Positions 19,040 through 29,421 of a stretch of 64,000 nt of DNA are shown here, one piece after another. The notes beneath the pieces were generated by a model. That model was not told where the DNA came from and did not search any database. It was given only the letters and a program-made list of their open reading frames with translations. The translations under genes were made by a program, and so were the position numbers. Location of the stretch: contig CP058602.1 of assembly GCA_013426185.1 (NCBI GenBank), positions 10,231 to 74,230 of the forward strand, given 5' to 3'. Each line of letters begins with the position of its first letter. The stretch's first letter is position 1. The stretch is from Candidatus Woesebacteria bacterium (GTDB taxonomy: Bacteria; Patescibacteriota; Microgenomatia; UBA8517).

Positions 19040-20005
19040 TTATTCGATATTGTGAGACCAGTAATCATTTGGGTCTAATCCTGTATCCAAACTTTCCAGC
19101 TTGTAACCTAAAGCTAGCAATCCCGCTACAATATTTTCGGCTTGATTTATATCATACCATCTTGTTGAATGGGATAAGACTATAGCTCCATTATTAATCC
19201 TATTATTGATAACTCTTTCTTGCGTTTCGGCATCGAGACCTCCGCTTTCAAGGCTCCAGATAACCGTTTGCATACCGAACTTTGCAACCTGTTCTCTTAC
19301 TCTTTGATTTCTATTACCATAGGGAGGGCGGAAAAACCTTAATGGGTATCCAGGAATAACTTTATTTAAAAGTTTAATAAATTTAGAGAGTTGTTTTTCA
19401 ATTTCTTTTGAGGTGAGAGATGTAAAGGGAACGTGTTCGTAGCCATGGCATCCGAGGGTATGCCCATTCTCTACTATTTGCCATGCGATATCGTGGTTAG
19501 GTTCTCTTTCTAACCATTCACCTGTCACAAAAAAACTTGTTTTGCAATTATATTTCTTGTAGACATTAAGGATTTTAGTAATATCATCTGTTCTGCCCCC
19601 ATCATCATAAGTTATAAGTATAACCTTACGGTTTTTATCTCCTCGTGATATTTCGTGGTTTGCTAAAAAGTTTATTTTCTCTTGAGTAATTTGCCCATTT
19701 TCAGATTGGGAAAGAAATTCAGGCGGCAAAGGGGTGAAAGTTGATGTTGGCTCGGGTGTGAAAGTTGATGTTGGTTCTGGTGTTTGAGTTTGGGTTGGAG
19801 TAGGAATTGTTGTCTCAGTAGGAGTAAGAGAAGGCCCCTTGGTAGGTTCTGGAGTTGGAGTTAGATCAGGACTACCCCCTTTGTTTTCATAAGGAGGAGT
19901 AATTCCACAAGCAGAAAGAAATCCAGCCGCAGATACAATAACTGCTCTTTTCAAGAATTCTCTTCTTGATATTCTTTCTTCTACTTTCCTTTCTGCTTTT
20001 GCCAT
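19040..20005 (-). CDS. Tat-like lipoprotein with Pro/Thr linker and NodB polysaccharide deacetylase domain
   Basis: SRREFLK, LSAC lipobox; ITYDDG, SFFVTG, GCHGYEH, FFRPPYG, IVLSH. Confidence 0.9.
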   Translation of the reverse strand: MAKAERKVEERISRREFLKRAVIVSAAGFLSACGITPPYENKGGSPDLTPTPEPTKGPSLTPTETTIPTPTQTQTPEPTSTFTPEPTSTFTPLPPEFLSQSENGQITQEKINFLANHEISRGDKNRKVILITYDDGGRTDDITKILNVYKKYNCKTSFFVTGEWLEREPNHDIAWQIVENGHTLGCHGYEHVPFTSLTSKEIEKQLSKFIKLLNKVIPGYPLRFFRPPYGNRNQRVREQVAKFGMQTVIWSLESGGLDAETQERVINNRINNGAIVLSHSTRWYDINQAENIVAGLLALGYKLESLDTGLDPNDYWSHNIE

Positions 20006-20037
20006 AACTTAATAAGTATTATAGGACTTGTATGAAA
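19783..20037 (-). repeat. 255-bp perfect inverted repeat, left arm
   Basis: Reverse complement of 21076-21330 (-10 box plus first 74 codons). Confidence 0.93.
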
Positions 20038-20084
20038 GATATTCAAGCAAATCTTAGTCGGGCAAGAACCCCGAGTCCTTGCAC

Positions 20085-20370
20085 CTTTTAACTTTTCCTC
20101 TCGCCTTTTACTATTATCGTACTTGATACCTGCTTCGCGACACTTGATACTATTTGTTTCAACCCCAGCCTTGAATTAGATTTTGCCTATTGCGAAAGTG
20201 ACAAGGACGGACCTTGTCCACCACCCTTTAAAGGCCAGGTAAAAGAATTCGGATTTCAGCTATCAGCCGTTGGTTGTTTGAGTTGCTTGTTATCTTAATT
20301 CCTAAATCCTAAATCAAAATTCTGTAATCTAATTTTTGATTTTTAAGTTTTAAGTTAATTTTTTTAGCTA
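20085..20370. repeat. Mosaic heptamer array A7 with R1 (20199-20218) and partial R3
   Basis: TTTTAC/CTTGATA, TCAGCTA, TAAATCC and TTTTAAG modules. Confidence 0.75.
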
Positions 20371-20382
20371 TCTAAGATTTAC

Positions 20383-21062
20383 TGAAAAAGATCAGATACA
20401 TATTCGACATTGACACTTCATGAAAGGAGCTGTAGGTACACCTACTACAGGCCATTCTTTGTTTGTTAATATACCTCACTGGAAGGAGGTGGGAGAAATG
20501 ATACAACACCTAAGAAGATTTGATTCTTCAGATATTGCCAAGGAGAGATTAAAGATTATTAGTTATTACCGGAAATAATGGATACCTTGGTTAGGTTTAC
20601 TGATGGTGTTAGATATTATCTTTATTCTGCTATTGATATTCATGGCAAATTTACCCTCTCCCTGCCTTACAAGAGGGCAAATGCCAGAAATACTCTAGAT
20701 TTTTTAAGAAGTTAGAATTAGTAATCCCTTACCAGATTACCTCTGTTCAAACAGATAATGGACCGGGGTTCTTGGGAGATTTTGAGCAATATTTAAAACA
20801 AAAGAAAATCAAACATTTTTTTATATACCCCAGGTGTCCAAGAATAAATGGTGTTATTGAAAGATATCAGAGATCTCTCAAAGAAGAATTCTTAAACCCC
20901 AATCTTCATCTCATCTGTTACCCAAAAGCTTTTAGTGACAGACTGGCTCAATATTTGATATTCTATAATACACAAAGAGTCTACCAGTCTCTAAACTATG
21001 AGACACCAGTGGATTACCTTATCAAGAAAGGAGGAATGTCGAAAATGTATCGAGCGCGTACA
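20383..21062 (+). mobile_element. Degraded IS481-like (rve integrase core) insertion sequence
   Basis: Frameshifted fragments ...VQTDNGPG / P.CPRINGVIERYQRSLKEEF...YNTQR...L.YETP; IRs GATACATATTCGACATT (20395) and AATGTCGAAAATGTATC (21035); TG...ACA ends. Confidence 0.8.
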
Positions 21063-21075
21063 TTTACTTGATTTT

Positions 21076-21330
21076 TTTCATACAAGTCCTATAATACTTA
21101 TTAAGTTATGGCAAAAGCAGAAAGGAAAGTAGAAGAAAGAATATCAAGAAGAGAATTCTTGAAAAGAGCAGTTATTGTATCTGCGGCTGGATTTCTTTCT
21201 GCTTGTGGAATTACTCCTCCTTATGAAAACAAAGGGGGTAGTCCTGATCTAACTCCAACTCCAGAACCTACCAAGGGGCCTTCTCTTACTCCTACTGAGA
21301 CAACAATTCCTACTCCAACCCAAACTCAAA
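21076..21330 (+). repeat. 255-bp perfect inverted repeat, right arm
   Basis: See 19783-20037. Confidence 0.93.
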
Positions 21331-22070
21331 TACCAACCCCAACCGCCGAGCCAACACCTACTCCCACTGAAATTACTCTTGATATATACCACAACTTCTC
21401 AGGTTTTGAAGAAGGGAAGTGGAAGATGCCTGAAGAATCAGAAATTCCTGTTATCTCATATGAGGATATAACAAGCGGCAGACTTCTTGAGAAAGAACTA
21501 AAGCTTTTGTCAACAGGAGAAGTAACTCCTTTTACTGGCAATGAAGTGCCTTTGGAGATAATTTATTTTGAATATTCAAATGGTCAAGCTTTAGTTAACT
21601 TAAAAGGCGAATTTTATAAGATCTATGACGGTTTGGTAGATGAACCCGATAAGGTTCCTTTTCGAGTGACTTCTCTTTCTTTTGTAGATATTGAAGGAAC
21701 TCGACTTCTTGTTTTGGGTGTAGCAATGCATGAATCTGATGGCCGTGTTGCTGTTTTGCACTATGCTTTTGAGAATTACAAGGATCAGTTTGTAATCAAT
21801 ATGGTTCAGATTGCTGTAAATCGCAAAGCTTATGCTTTACCTTGGGGTGTTGTACACAAACCTTATTATGAGGGTTTTGGTTGGTATGATTACAACAAAG
21901 AATCATTCATGCTTGAGATGTATCAAGACGAAGAAGGTAAAAAAGAGAGGGAGAGTTTGCTTCAGGAATGGAACGATACAGGTAAAGCTCCTGAAAAGCT
22001 TCAAAAAATATTGCTTTTGGGCTTTATTGGACCATGGGATCCTTACAGACAGCGTGATATAAAGCCCTAA
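21108..22070 (+). CDS. Tat-like lipoprotein, same N-terminus as 19040-20005, unknown C-domain
   Basis: First 74 aa identical; unrelated C-terminal ~230 aa. Confidence 0.85.
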   Translation: MAKAERKVEERISRREFLKRAVIVSAAGFLSACGITPPYENKGGSPDLTPTPEPTKGPSLTPTETTIPTPTQTQIPTPTAEPTPTPTEITLDIYHNFSGFEEGKWKMPEESEIPVISYEDITSGRLLEKELKLLSTGEVTPFTGNEVPLEIIYFEYSNGQALVNLKGEFYKIYDGLVDEPDKVPFRVTSLSFVDIEGTRLLVLGVAMHESDGRVAVLHYAFENYKDQFVINMVQIAVNRKAYALPWGVVHKPYYEGFGWYDYNKESFMLEMYQDEEGKKERESLLQEWNDTGKAPEKLQKILLLGFIGPWDPYRQRDIKP

Positions 22071-22293
22071 GACTTGATATTTGCAGGGTAATATCCTAAG
22101 TTAGTTAATTATAAAATCTATACAGCCCCTTTTCTTTATTGCATTTTTTATTATTAAATTTTGCGATTTGTTTTTTATTGCATCTAATCATAATAAAAAG
22201 ACAACCTGCTTTAGCGCGTGGGTATGGAATAGAATGGTTTAGAGAGCTAGCCTTGCTCTTTAGGTTATTGACTTTTGTTGAACTCCTGACTTC

Positions 22294-22767
22294 CTAGAAG
22301 GCGAGGATGAAGGAAAATATTATTAATGCTATTCCTATGCCTATAGTAATTCCTGTTGGCCAAGATGTTCCAGCTTCAGGTAGAGATGTTTCTATTGTCG
22401 GAGTAGGAGCACCGGCGATTAGCGGAGTTTGGGTGGGTATTGGAGTGCTGGTAATATTTGGTGTCTGAGTAGAAATGGGTGTTTGAGTTATAATTGGTGT
22501 TGGTGTATTAACTGACGTTGGTGTGGGTGTTAACGTATAAACTGGTGTTGGTGTGGGTGTTAACGTATAAACTGGTGTTGGTGTGGGTGTTGATATGTTA
22601 AAGGTTAAGACTTGGCACGAAGAGGTGGCTGCTTTTGGTTTACTTTCTGGCACATTTGGTGTTACAGATTTTTGCCTTAGTTGATAAAGCCTAATTGCTG
22701 TGAATATGGCTATCGCTGATAAAATCAGCAAAATTACTAGTGTTATTATTGTTTTTGTTTTTCTCAT
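22294..22767 (-). CDS. Thr/Pro-rich surface protein with LPEAG motif and C-terminal TM
   Basis: N-terminal [12 protein letters not shown] repeats, LPEAG then hydrophobic helix. Confidence 0.75.
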   Translation of the reverse strand: MRKTKTIITLVILLILSAIAIFTAIRLYQLRQKSVTPNVPESKPKAATSSCQVLTFNISTPTPTPVYTLTPTPTPVYTLTPTPTSVNTPTPIITQTPISTQTPNITSTPIPTQTPLIAGAPTPTIETSLPEAGTSWPTGITIGIGIALIIFSFILAF

Positions 22768-22771
22768 TTTT

Positions 22772-23896
22772 TTAAAACCAACCTAAAGTAACATGGTGCA
22801 CCTCTCCTTTTATTGAGAAAGTTGTCGCTCCTGCTGGGATTGTATATTCAGTATAAAACTCAGCTGTTGTACCTGGTTTTTTGCTGGTTACCTCTTGGCC
22901 TAATTGTCCATTTATGGTAAACCTAGCCTTGTCTATCTTATCAGCTGGTGATCCTATTACTGTAAACCTTACTCTATCTCCGGCTTTTAGTTGAGACAGC
23001 TGGTTTTGGGGGATAAGATTCCAGTTTGTATCATAAACCTTTATGCCAGTACACTGCGCATTTTCTTGGCTTGGTGGTTGAGTGGGTGGGGGAGTATTGC
23101 ATGGCTTGTCAGCCTGGACTGAAAGGTATTTAACATTGCCATAGGTATTATTTTGGTTTTTGCAGCCAGCGTCTATTTGGATTGATCCACAGTCTAAGTT
23201 GCCTACAGGGAAAGACTGGCCTGCACTGGCGTTCCAGCTAAGCACAACTCCGTTGTCTTGGCAGCCTTGAGTTAGGTTTATACCGTCACACTTGTATTTT
23301 GATACCCAGACTACACCATCTGGACAAGCCTGGCGACACTTTTGGATATCGTCGTTAGTAATGGTAAGCGCCGTTGTACTTGTTTCTCTTATCGGTGTTG
23401 TTCTGGAACATTGTTGCGGGGGGGAGGTGGGAGTAGGAGTTTTTGGAGGTGTTGTGGCAGTGGGAGTGGAAGTGGGAGCAATACAACCTTGCCCACATTT
23501 GTATCCATCAGCGCAGTTAACTTGGCCGAATTCTTCGGAGCAGGAGTAATTATTGGGGACACATTTTCCATTCAGACGTGATTGACAAACATTTCCAGTA
23601 GCAGCTTTTTCTCTTATGTCTTGGTTTTGATTTACCAGAACTATCCCTGAGGCAATACCTCCAACTAATAACATTATGCCTAATATTGTTGCTATGACCA
23701 ATCTTGTTTTAGACTTTTTCTTCTTCAAGGGTGTATTGCCACTATCACTGCTTTTAGGAAAACCACTAGTGTTTTCTGGGTTTGAAGAAATTGCACTTTG
23801 CGTCTTTTCATTCAAAGGGAAACTAGGGAAATCTGTCAGACTATCAAATGTGGATGGGTTTGTTTTGTTTGGGTTGTTTTGGTTTTGGTCAGGCAT
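22772..23896 (-). CDS. Cys-rich membrane-anchored surface protein
   Basis: TM followed by QNQDIREKA, many Cys, Pro/Thr linkers, Ig-like C-terminus. Confidence 0.75.
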   Translation of the reverse strand: MPDQNQNNPNKTNPSTFDSLTDFPSFPLNEKTQSAISSNPENTSGFPKSSDSGNTPLKKKKSKTRLVIATILGIMLLVGGIASGIVLVNQNQDIREKAATGNVCQSRLNGKCVPNNYSCSEEFGQVNCADGYKCGQGCIAPTSTPTATTPPKTPTPTSPPQQCSRTTPIRETSTTALTITNDDIQKCRQACPDGVVWVSKYKCDGINLTQGCQDNGVVLSWNASAGQSFPVGNLDCGSIQIDAGCKNQNNTYGNVKYLSVQADKPCNTPPPTQPPSQENAQCTGIKVYDTNWNLIPQNQLSQLKAGDRVRFTVIGSPADKIDKARFTINGQLGQEVTSKKPGTTAEFYTEYTIPAGATTFSIKGEVHHVTLGWF

Positions 23897-24015
23897 AGAT
23901 TACAAAGATTTATTATTAATTTCATATTAAGTTATGTTTTATAAAGAGTCAACTATCATTTAATACAATTAACCTCGGCTGATTTTTTCTTTTTTTTGGG
24001 CTATAATTAGAGCTT

Positions 24016-24915
24016 ATGAAGGCAAGCTGGAGAATATTAATGTTCGCTTCTGTTTTTTTGTTGGCAATGTTGTCTCTGTTTTTTAGTGTTCATGTGACGA
24101 AGGCTTTGGTGAGTCCTACACCTGTTGTTTCGCCAACTTCCACCATTGAGCCAACTGAAACACCGGTTACGAAAGTGGATATTACTCAAAAAACTGAAGA
24201 GTCAGTTGGGCCTTTGGAGAAATTATTGCGCGAACAAAAATTGGGGCCAGTTTGGCCTTACAATTTCTTAAAATATGCGATAAGAAACGCCGTTTCAGCC
24301 GGTGTCCCGGCAAATACCATTGTCCTTCTTTTGCTTTTGACTGCCGTTGCCGCCTTGATTGCCGCTTCTCGTCATCTTATTGGCCTTAAGGGTTTTGGTA
24401 TTTTTATGCCTGCTGCTTTATCTGTTGCCTTTGTTGCCATAGGTCCAATTTTGGGAATAACTATTTTTATTGTAATGATTGTTTTTTCCACTCTTTTCAG
24501 GATGGTTACCCGCCGTCTTAAACTTAAGCTTCAATATCTGCCGCGAATGGCTATGGTTTTGTGGTTTGTGGTCATTGGGGTTTTGGGTATTTTGTTTTTG
24601 GCGCCTGTTATCAAACAGCCTGATTTAAAAAATATTTCGATTTTTCCTGTCTTAATCTTGGTTTTGTTGGCTGAAGATTTTAGCCGTGTTCAAGCAGGGA
24701 AAAGTATCAAGACTGCTATTAATATGACTTTTGAGACATTGATTCTTGCTTTGTTTTCTTTCTTGCTTTTGACTTTTTCGCCTCTTCAAAAGTGGGCGCT
24801 TTTGAACCCTGAGCTATTTTTGCTTTTGGTTTTGGTCTTTAATCTTGTGGTGGGGAAATATGTGGGCTTAAGATTTATGGAGTATTGGCGTTTTAGGAAA
24901 TTAATCAGCCGCTAA
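24016..24915 (+). CDS. 7TM-domain protein of ATP-grasp/transglutaminase-associated type
   Basis: RHLIGLKGFGIFMP, LQYLPR, IFPVLIL, GKYVGLRFMEYWRF. Confidence 0.8.
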   Translation: MKASWRILMFASVFLLAMLSLFFSVHVTKALVSPTPVVSPTSTIEPTETPVTKVDITQKTEESVGPLEKLLREQKLGPVWPYNFLKYAIRNAVSAGVPANTIVLLLLLTAVAALIAASRHLIGLKGFGIFMPAALSVAFVAIGPILGITIFIVMIVFSTLFRMVTRRLKLKLQYLPRMAMVLWFVVIGVLGILFLAPVIKQPDLKNISIFPVLILVLLAEDFSRVQAGKSIKTAINMTFETLILALFSFLLLTFSPLQKWALLNPELFLLLVLVFNLVVGKYVGLRFMEYWRFRKLISR

Positions 24916-24916
24916 T

Positions 24917-26254
24917 ATGAAAGCTTCAGAGATATTGGGTATTAACGCAAGAAACAAGCTCTTTTCTTATGTTTATAATAGTGCCAAAGGTAAAAACATC
25001 GCCGCTTCAAAGCTGAAGACTAAGAAGTATTTGAAAAAAGCAGGGGTTCCTATTCCTGAAGTTTATGCCAAGTTTAAGAATATTGACGAGATCTGGGATT
25101 TTGATTGGAACAGTCTTCCTTCAAGCTTTGCTTTAAAACCTAACCAAGGCTTGGGAGGCGAGGGGATTATTGTTGTTAAAAGGAAAGCCAAAGACGGCAA
25201 TGGCTGGATAACTACTCAAAAGAAAAGGGTAACAGTTGATGATTTAAAGCTTCATGCAACAGATATTATTGAAGGCGCATACTCTATGGATAATGAGCCT
25301 GATGTTGCTTATGTTGAAGAATATGTCGGCCGCCATAAGGCTTTTAGAAAATATGCCTACCGCGGAACGCCTGATATTAGGGTGATTGTTTTTAACCGTG
25401 TGCCTGTGATGGCCATGCTTCGCCTGCCTACTCGTGAATCAGGTGGAAGGGCTAATTTGCATCAAGGCGCAATTGGGGTTGGAGTTGATGTTGCAACAGG
25501 GATTACAACACGCGCGATTTGGCATGGGGATTTGATTAAATTTAAGCCAGGGACAAAACGCAAGTTGCATGGAATTAAGATTCCTCAGTGGGATAAGATT
25601 TTAGAAACCGCAGTTAAAGCACAGGAAGCTTGTTTTTTGGGTTATGTGGGGGTGGATGTAGTTTTGCATCCTGAACGGGGGCCGGTTGTTCTTGAAATTA
25701 ATTCTCAGCCCGGTCTTTCAATCCAAATGGCAAATGGCGTGGGTTTAAAGAAAAGGCTTGAAAAGGTTGAAGATTTGAAAATCAGGGACGCTTCGCATGG
25801 AATCAAGGTCGCAAAAGCCCTCTTTGCCGAGCGGTTTTCTGACCGTGTTCGGGCTGAGGAAGGCCTTAAGATAGTCAAAGTTTTTGAAGAAATTAAGATA
25901 AAATCAGTTTCAGGTAAAGTGGTTTTAATTCCTGCTAAAATTGATACCGGCGCCTGGCGAAGTTCAATTGATAAATCTTTGGCTGAAAAGCTTGGACTTC
26001 TTGATGAAAAAAATATCCTTTGGCGTAAAAAGGTTAAAAGCGCTTTGGGTGAGGATTATCGTCCCATTATTAATCTTACTTTTTGGCTTGCCGGTCGGAA
26101 GATAACAACACCGGCTTTTGTTTCAAAAAGGTCGTCTTTGAAGTTTCCTGTCATAATTGGCAGAAGGAGTTTGTCTGGTATTTTAGTTGACCCTGTGGTT
26201 GAAGTAGAAGATAAATTAAGGTTGGTTGAAAAGGGAAAGGGAGTCTTGAAATGA
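24917..26254 (+). CDS. Alpha-L-glutamate ligase-like ATP-grasp fused to RimB-like/retropepsin-type protease
   Basis: LGINARN, KPNQGLGGEGI, PDIRVIV, ANLHQGAIGVG, LEINSQPGL; C-terminal AKIDTGAWRSSID...VIIGRR. Confidence 0.88.
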   Translation: MKASEILGINARNKLFSYVYNSAKGKNIAASKLKTKKYLKKAGVPIPEVYAKFKNIDEIWDFDWNSLPSSFALKPNQGLGGEGIIVVKRKAKDGNGWITTQKKRVTVDDLKLHATDIIEGAYSMDNEPDVAYVEEYVGRHKAFRKYAYRGTPDIRVIVFNRVPVMAMLRLPTRESGGRANLHQGAIGVGVDVATGITTRAIWHGDLIKFKPGTKRKLHGIKIPQWDKILETAVKAQEACFLGYVGVDVVLHPERGPVVLEINSQPGLSIQMANGVGLKKRLEKVEDLKIRDASHGIKVAKALFAERFSDRVRAEEGLKIVKVFEEIKIKSVSGKVVLIPAKIDTGAWRSSIDKSLAEKLGLLDEKNILWRKKVKSALGEDYRPIINLTFWLAGRKITTPAFVSKRSSLKFPVIIGRRSLSGILVDPVVEVEDKLRLVEKGKGVLK

Positions 26255-27129
26255 AAATAACAGTTATCACTACAAATTATAATGCTTTTGCTCTTGAGAT
26301 AAAGAGATTAAAAGAAGAAGCGCAAAAAGCAGGTTATGATTTTTCGGTTTTGGACCTTGAGAATTTTTCTTTTGCAATTAAAGACGGAAAATTAGATATT
26401 GATTGGCTCAATGGTGAGATTTCTGATATTTATATCTTGCGAGGCGCGCTTCATTCTCAGAAATTAGTTTCTGAGATTTTGGAATATTTGAGAAAAAGAG
26501 GGGCTCGTGTCTTTGATAATAATTTCTTGAAGCATAAATATTCTATTAATAAAGTTGCCGATCTTGTTAAATTGACTTTGGCTGGAATTTTAGTTCCGAA
26601 CACTTTCTTTGCTCGTAGTTTTGATGATTTTTTGAAATTTGGGGAAGAAATTGGTTATCCGTTTATTTTTAAATCGGGTAGGGCGGGTAAAGGACAGGGA
26701 GTTTACAAAGTAGATTCAAGAGAGGACTTTTTGAAGATGATAGCTGGTTTTAATGATGAGGAAAAGGAGGCGCAATCTTTCTTGCTTCAGGAGTATATTC
26801 CTTATAAATACGACCTCCGCTGCCTTGTCATTGGTGATAGAACCTTTACCATGAGAAGAATCCCCAAAAAAGGCGATTTTCGCGCCAATTTTTCTTTGGG
26901 TGGCAGTGTTGAGCTTTTTGACCTTGATGATAGAGGAAAAGATCTTGCAAAAAGAGCGCTTAAGGCGGTTGGGCTTGAAATAGGCGGGGTGGATATTCTT
27001 ATAGACGAAAATGATAAGCGTTATATAATTGAGGTTAACCATACAGCAGGTTTTGTGGGTATGGAGAAGGCGACAGGAGAAAATATAGCCAAGATTTACC
27101 TTGATTTTGCTATTTCCCGCGCGTCTTAA
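26251..27129 (+). CDS. RimK family ATP-grasp ligase
   Basis: GKGQGV, QEYIP, DLRCLVIG, FRANFSLGG, GGVDIL, IEVN. Confidence 0.9.
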   Translation: MKITVITTNYNAFALEIKRLKEEAQKAGYDFSVLDLENFSFAIKDGKLDIDWLNGEISDIYILRGALHSQKLVSEILEYLRKRGARVFDNNFLKHKYSINKVADLVKLTLAGILVPNTFFARSFDDFLKFGEEIGYPFIFKSGRAGKGQGVYKVDSREDFLKMIAGFNDEEKEAQSFLLQEYIPYKYDLRCLVIGDRTFTMRRIPKKGDFRANFSLGGSVELFDLDDRGKDLAKRALKAVGLEIGGVDILIDENDKRYIIEVNHTAGFVGMEKATGENIAKIYLDFAISRAS

Positions 27130-27136
27130 TTTTAAT

Positions 27137-28042
27137 ATGAAGATATTAATCGCAGGGCTTGTTAAAAATATCCAATTAGTTAGGCTTGTTGAAGAAGGAA
27201 AAAAACGAGGGCATATGGTTGAGGGTTGTTATGCTTCAGATTTAGTTATTGACTGCGACAAGGATTCTTTTAATCCTTATCTTGTTGATGGGAGGAAGCT
27301 TGAGGAATACGACCTGATTTATTCGATGATAGGGTCAAAAAGAAGGTGGGAGTGGTACACTGTTTTTAGTTTTCTTAATGAAAAATTCGGTACGACTATA
27401 ATTAACGAAAAAACGATAGCCAAGGATTATAATTACTTTTTATCACCAGCTCTTGATTATTTAAAGCAAACTCAAAACGATTTGCCTTATCCCAAGTCGG
27501 CCATTGTTTTTAATGCGAAGGGAGCTCGTGAGGCTATTAAATCTTTTACTTACCCTCTTGTTGTCAAATCTTCAGCAGGAAGACAGGGAAGGGGCGTTTT
27601 TCTTTGTAAGAATTTTGAGGATGTGCTTTCTGCAATTGAGGAAATACACAAAGTGGGAGTTGAAGCTGTGGTTATAAGAGAGTTTATACCCAATGATGGT
27701 GATTTGAGAATTTTTACTGTTGGCTATCGCGCGCTTGGAGCAATGAAACGTTCTCCAACAAAAGAAGGGGAGTTTAGGAGTAATATTAGTTTGGGCGGCA
27801 GGGGTGAGAAATTTGAGTTAGAAAATTATCCAGAAATAAAATCTATTGCCGAAAAAGCGGCAGAAGTGATGAAGACGGAAATTGCTGGAGTCGATATTAT
27901 AATTCACCAGGAGACTTCTAAGCCTTATATTTTGGAGATTAATCCCTCGCCTCAGTTTGAGGGTTTTGAAAAATATACAGGAATTAACGTAGCGGAGAAA
28001 ATTATTGAATATTTTGAGGAAAGAAGAAATCAAAATAGATAG
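27137..28042 (+). CDS. RimK family ATP-grasp ligase (second)
   Basis: GRQGRGV, EFIPNDGDLR, FRSNISLGG, AGVDII, LEINPSPQF; start ATG 27137. Confidence 0.9.
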   Translation: MKILIAGLVKNIQLVRLVEEGKKRGHMVEGCYASDLVIDCDKDSFNPYLVDGRKLEEYDLIYSMIGSKRRWEWYTVFSFLNEKFGTTIINEKTIAKDYNYFLSPALDYLKQTQNDLPYPKSAIVFNAKGAREAIKSFTYPLVVKSSAGRQGRGVFLCKNFEDVLSAIEEIHKVGVEAVVIREFIPNDGDLRIFTVGYRALGAMKRSPTKEGEFRSNISLGGRGEKFELENYPEIKSIAEKAAEVMKTEIAGVDIIIHQETSKPYILEINPSPQFEGFEKYTGINVAEKIIEYFEERRNQNR

Positions 28043-28044
28043 TT

Positions 28045-28287
28045 TCAGCGAATTTTGAAACCAGTTTCTCCTTCTCTTAACCACCTTGTTATTTCAAGAA
28101 TGACTCTTTCTAGTTTGGCTATGTTTTCTTTATTGATTATTCCGATTTCTATCAATTCAGGCAGTTTCTCAAAAGAAATATATCTGTTTGCGCCAATCGC
28201 TAGAAGGCGAGCTGCTGGTATATCTCCACAATTAATACTTGCAAGTTGTCGCAAATGGTGAATCAGGGTAATGTCGCCATAGATATT
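28045..28287 (-). pseudogene. 5'-truncated ORF remnant
   Basis: Open frame runs up to the R5 repeat at 28289 with no ATG. Confidence 0.4.
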
Positions 28288-28288
28288 C

Positions 28289-28325
28289 TACACCTCTGGG
28301 TGTAATAGCTTGACACCCCGGTATT
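28289..28325 (+). repeat. R5 direct repeat, left of alkD-like gene
   Basis: TACACCTCTGGGTGTAATAGCTTGACACCCCGGTATT, similar to 29068-29105. Confidence 0.8.
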
Positions 28326-29050
28326 TTATATTGTTTTGGTAATTGTAATCAAATTCCCGCGTCTTTTTAGTTTTTCTTGTACCGCTTTGCTTTTTAACTC
28401 CTTCAGTGCGTCTTGCGCAATCCATCTTGCGCTCTTAGAATTGATTTTTGAAATTTCTTTCGCCAGTTTTATCGCTTTTTTATTCAAGTTTGTGTTTCTT
28501 TTACCGATTTGTCGAAGCGCCCAATTAACGGCTTTTTTAACGAAATTTCTTTCATCAACAGATTCTCTTTTTATATTTCTAAAGAATTTGATAAATTTTT
28601 TGTCTAATGCTTTTTTATCATGCACCGAAAGACAAGCCATCAAAACAAAACCCGCCCGCTTGATAAATTCCTCTTCTTTCTTGCTCCATTCAACCGCTTT
28701 TTTGTAGGCAATGTGGGTTTTATCAAAGAAGTTGCTACAAACTTGGTCACAGACATCCCATGAATCAAAATCTTTAACCCATTTTTCAATCTGCGGCTCG
28801 GTTGCTTTTTCCGGTTCGGCAATCATTGCTGCCAAAATTCTCGCTTCATGAATTTCAGAATTCCAGAGCACTAAAGCTAGTTCGTGATTTTTACCGATTT
28901 CTTTGGCTATTTTTCTTAAGATAGGCAAAGACGGTCCGCCTAGAATATTTTTTCCCCTTATACCAAACCGTGCCATTCCTTCAATATTTTCCTTGTTTGC
29001 GTAAGATTTTAGTTTTTTGAGGATCTGGTTGTATTGTGATTTTTATCCAT
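28326..29050 (-). CDS. DNA alkylation repair protein (AlkD-like); -1 frameshift in an A5 run near the ATG at 29050, in-frame ATG at 28976
   Basis: GMARFGI, HEARILA, FDSWDVCDQ, DERNFVKKAVNWALRQIGKR. Confidence 0.85.
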
Positions 29051-29067
29051 TTATAATTGCACACTTG

Positions 29068-29105
29068 TACACCTCCGGGGTGTAATAGCTTGACACCTTC
29101 GTATT
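29068..29105 (+). repeat. R5 direct repeat, right, next to tRNA-Pro 3' end
   Basis: TACACCTCCGGGGTGTAATAGCTTGACACCTTCGTATT. Confidence 0.8.
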
Positions 29106-29110
29106 CCTAG

Positions 29111-29182
29111 TCGGGGATGTGAGATTTGAACTCACGACCTCACGGTCCCGAACCGTGCGCGCTACCCCTGCGCCAATCCCCG
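29111..29182 (-). tRNA. tRNA-Pro(CGG)
   Basis: CGGGGAT/ATCCCCG acceptor; CACGG-TTCGGGA-CCGTG anticodon arm. Confidence 0.93.
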
Positions 29183-29391
29183 TTGCCTTTTCCTTAATAA
29201 ATGGGAGGATAGTTAAGACGATTTTATCACAAGTTTGGCTTGGAACAAATCTAGAGCGGTTTGGGTTTGGGATATGCTGGTGTCTTACTTTGTGTTTTCA
29301 GAAGGCAATGGGTGTGGAAGTATCTAATAAATATGTAACACAAATTTAGGTGATTGTTGTTGAATACTCCCGTAAATTCGGTATATTTATC

Positions 29392-29421
29392 TACTACAAA
29401 TACATCGATGTATCTGTAGTA
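29392..29421. repeat. Palindrome R4 ACTACAAATACATCGATGTATTTGTAGT
   Basis: Also at 36917-36944 and 56390-56417. Confidence 0.8.
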
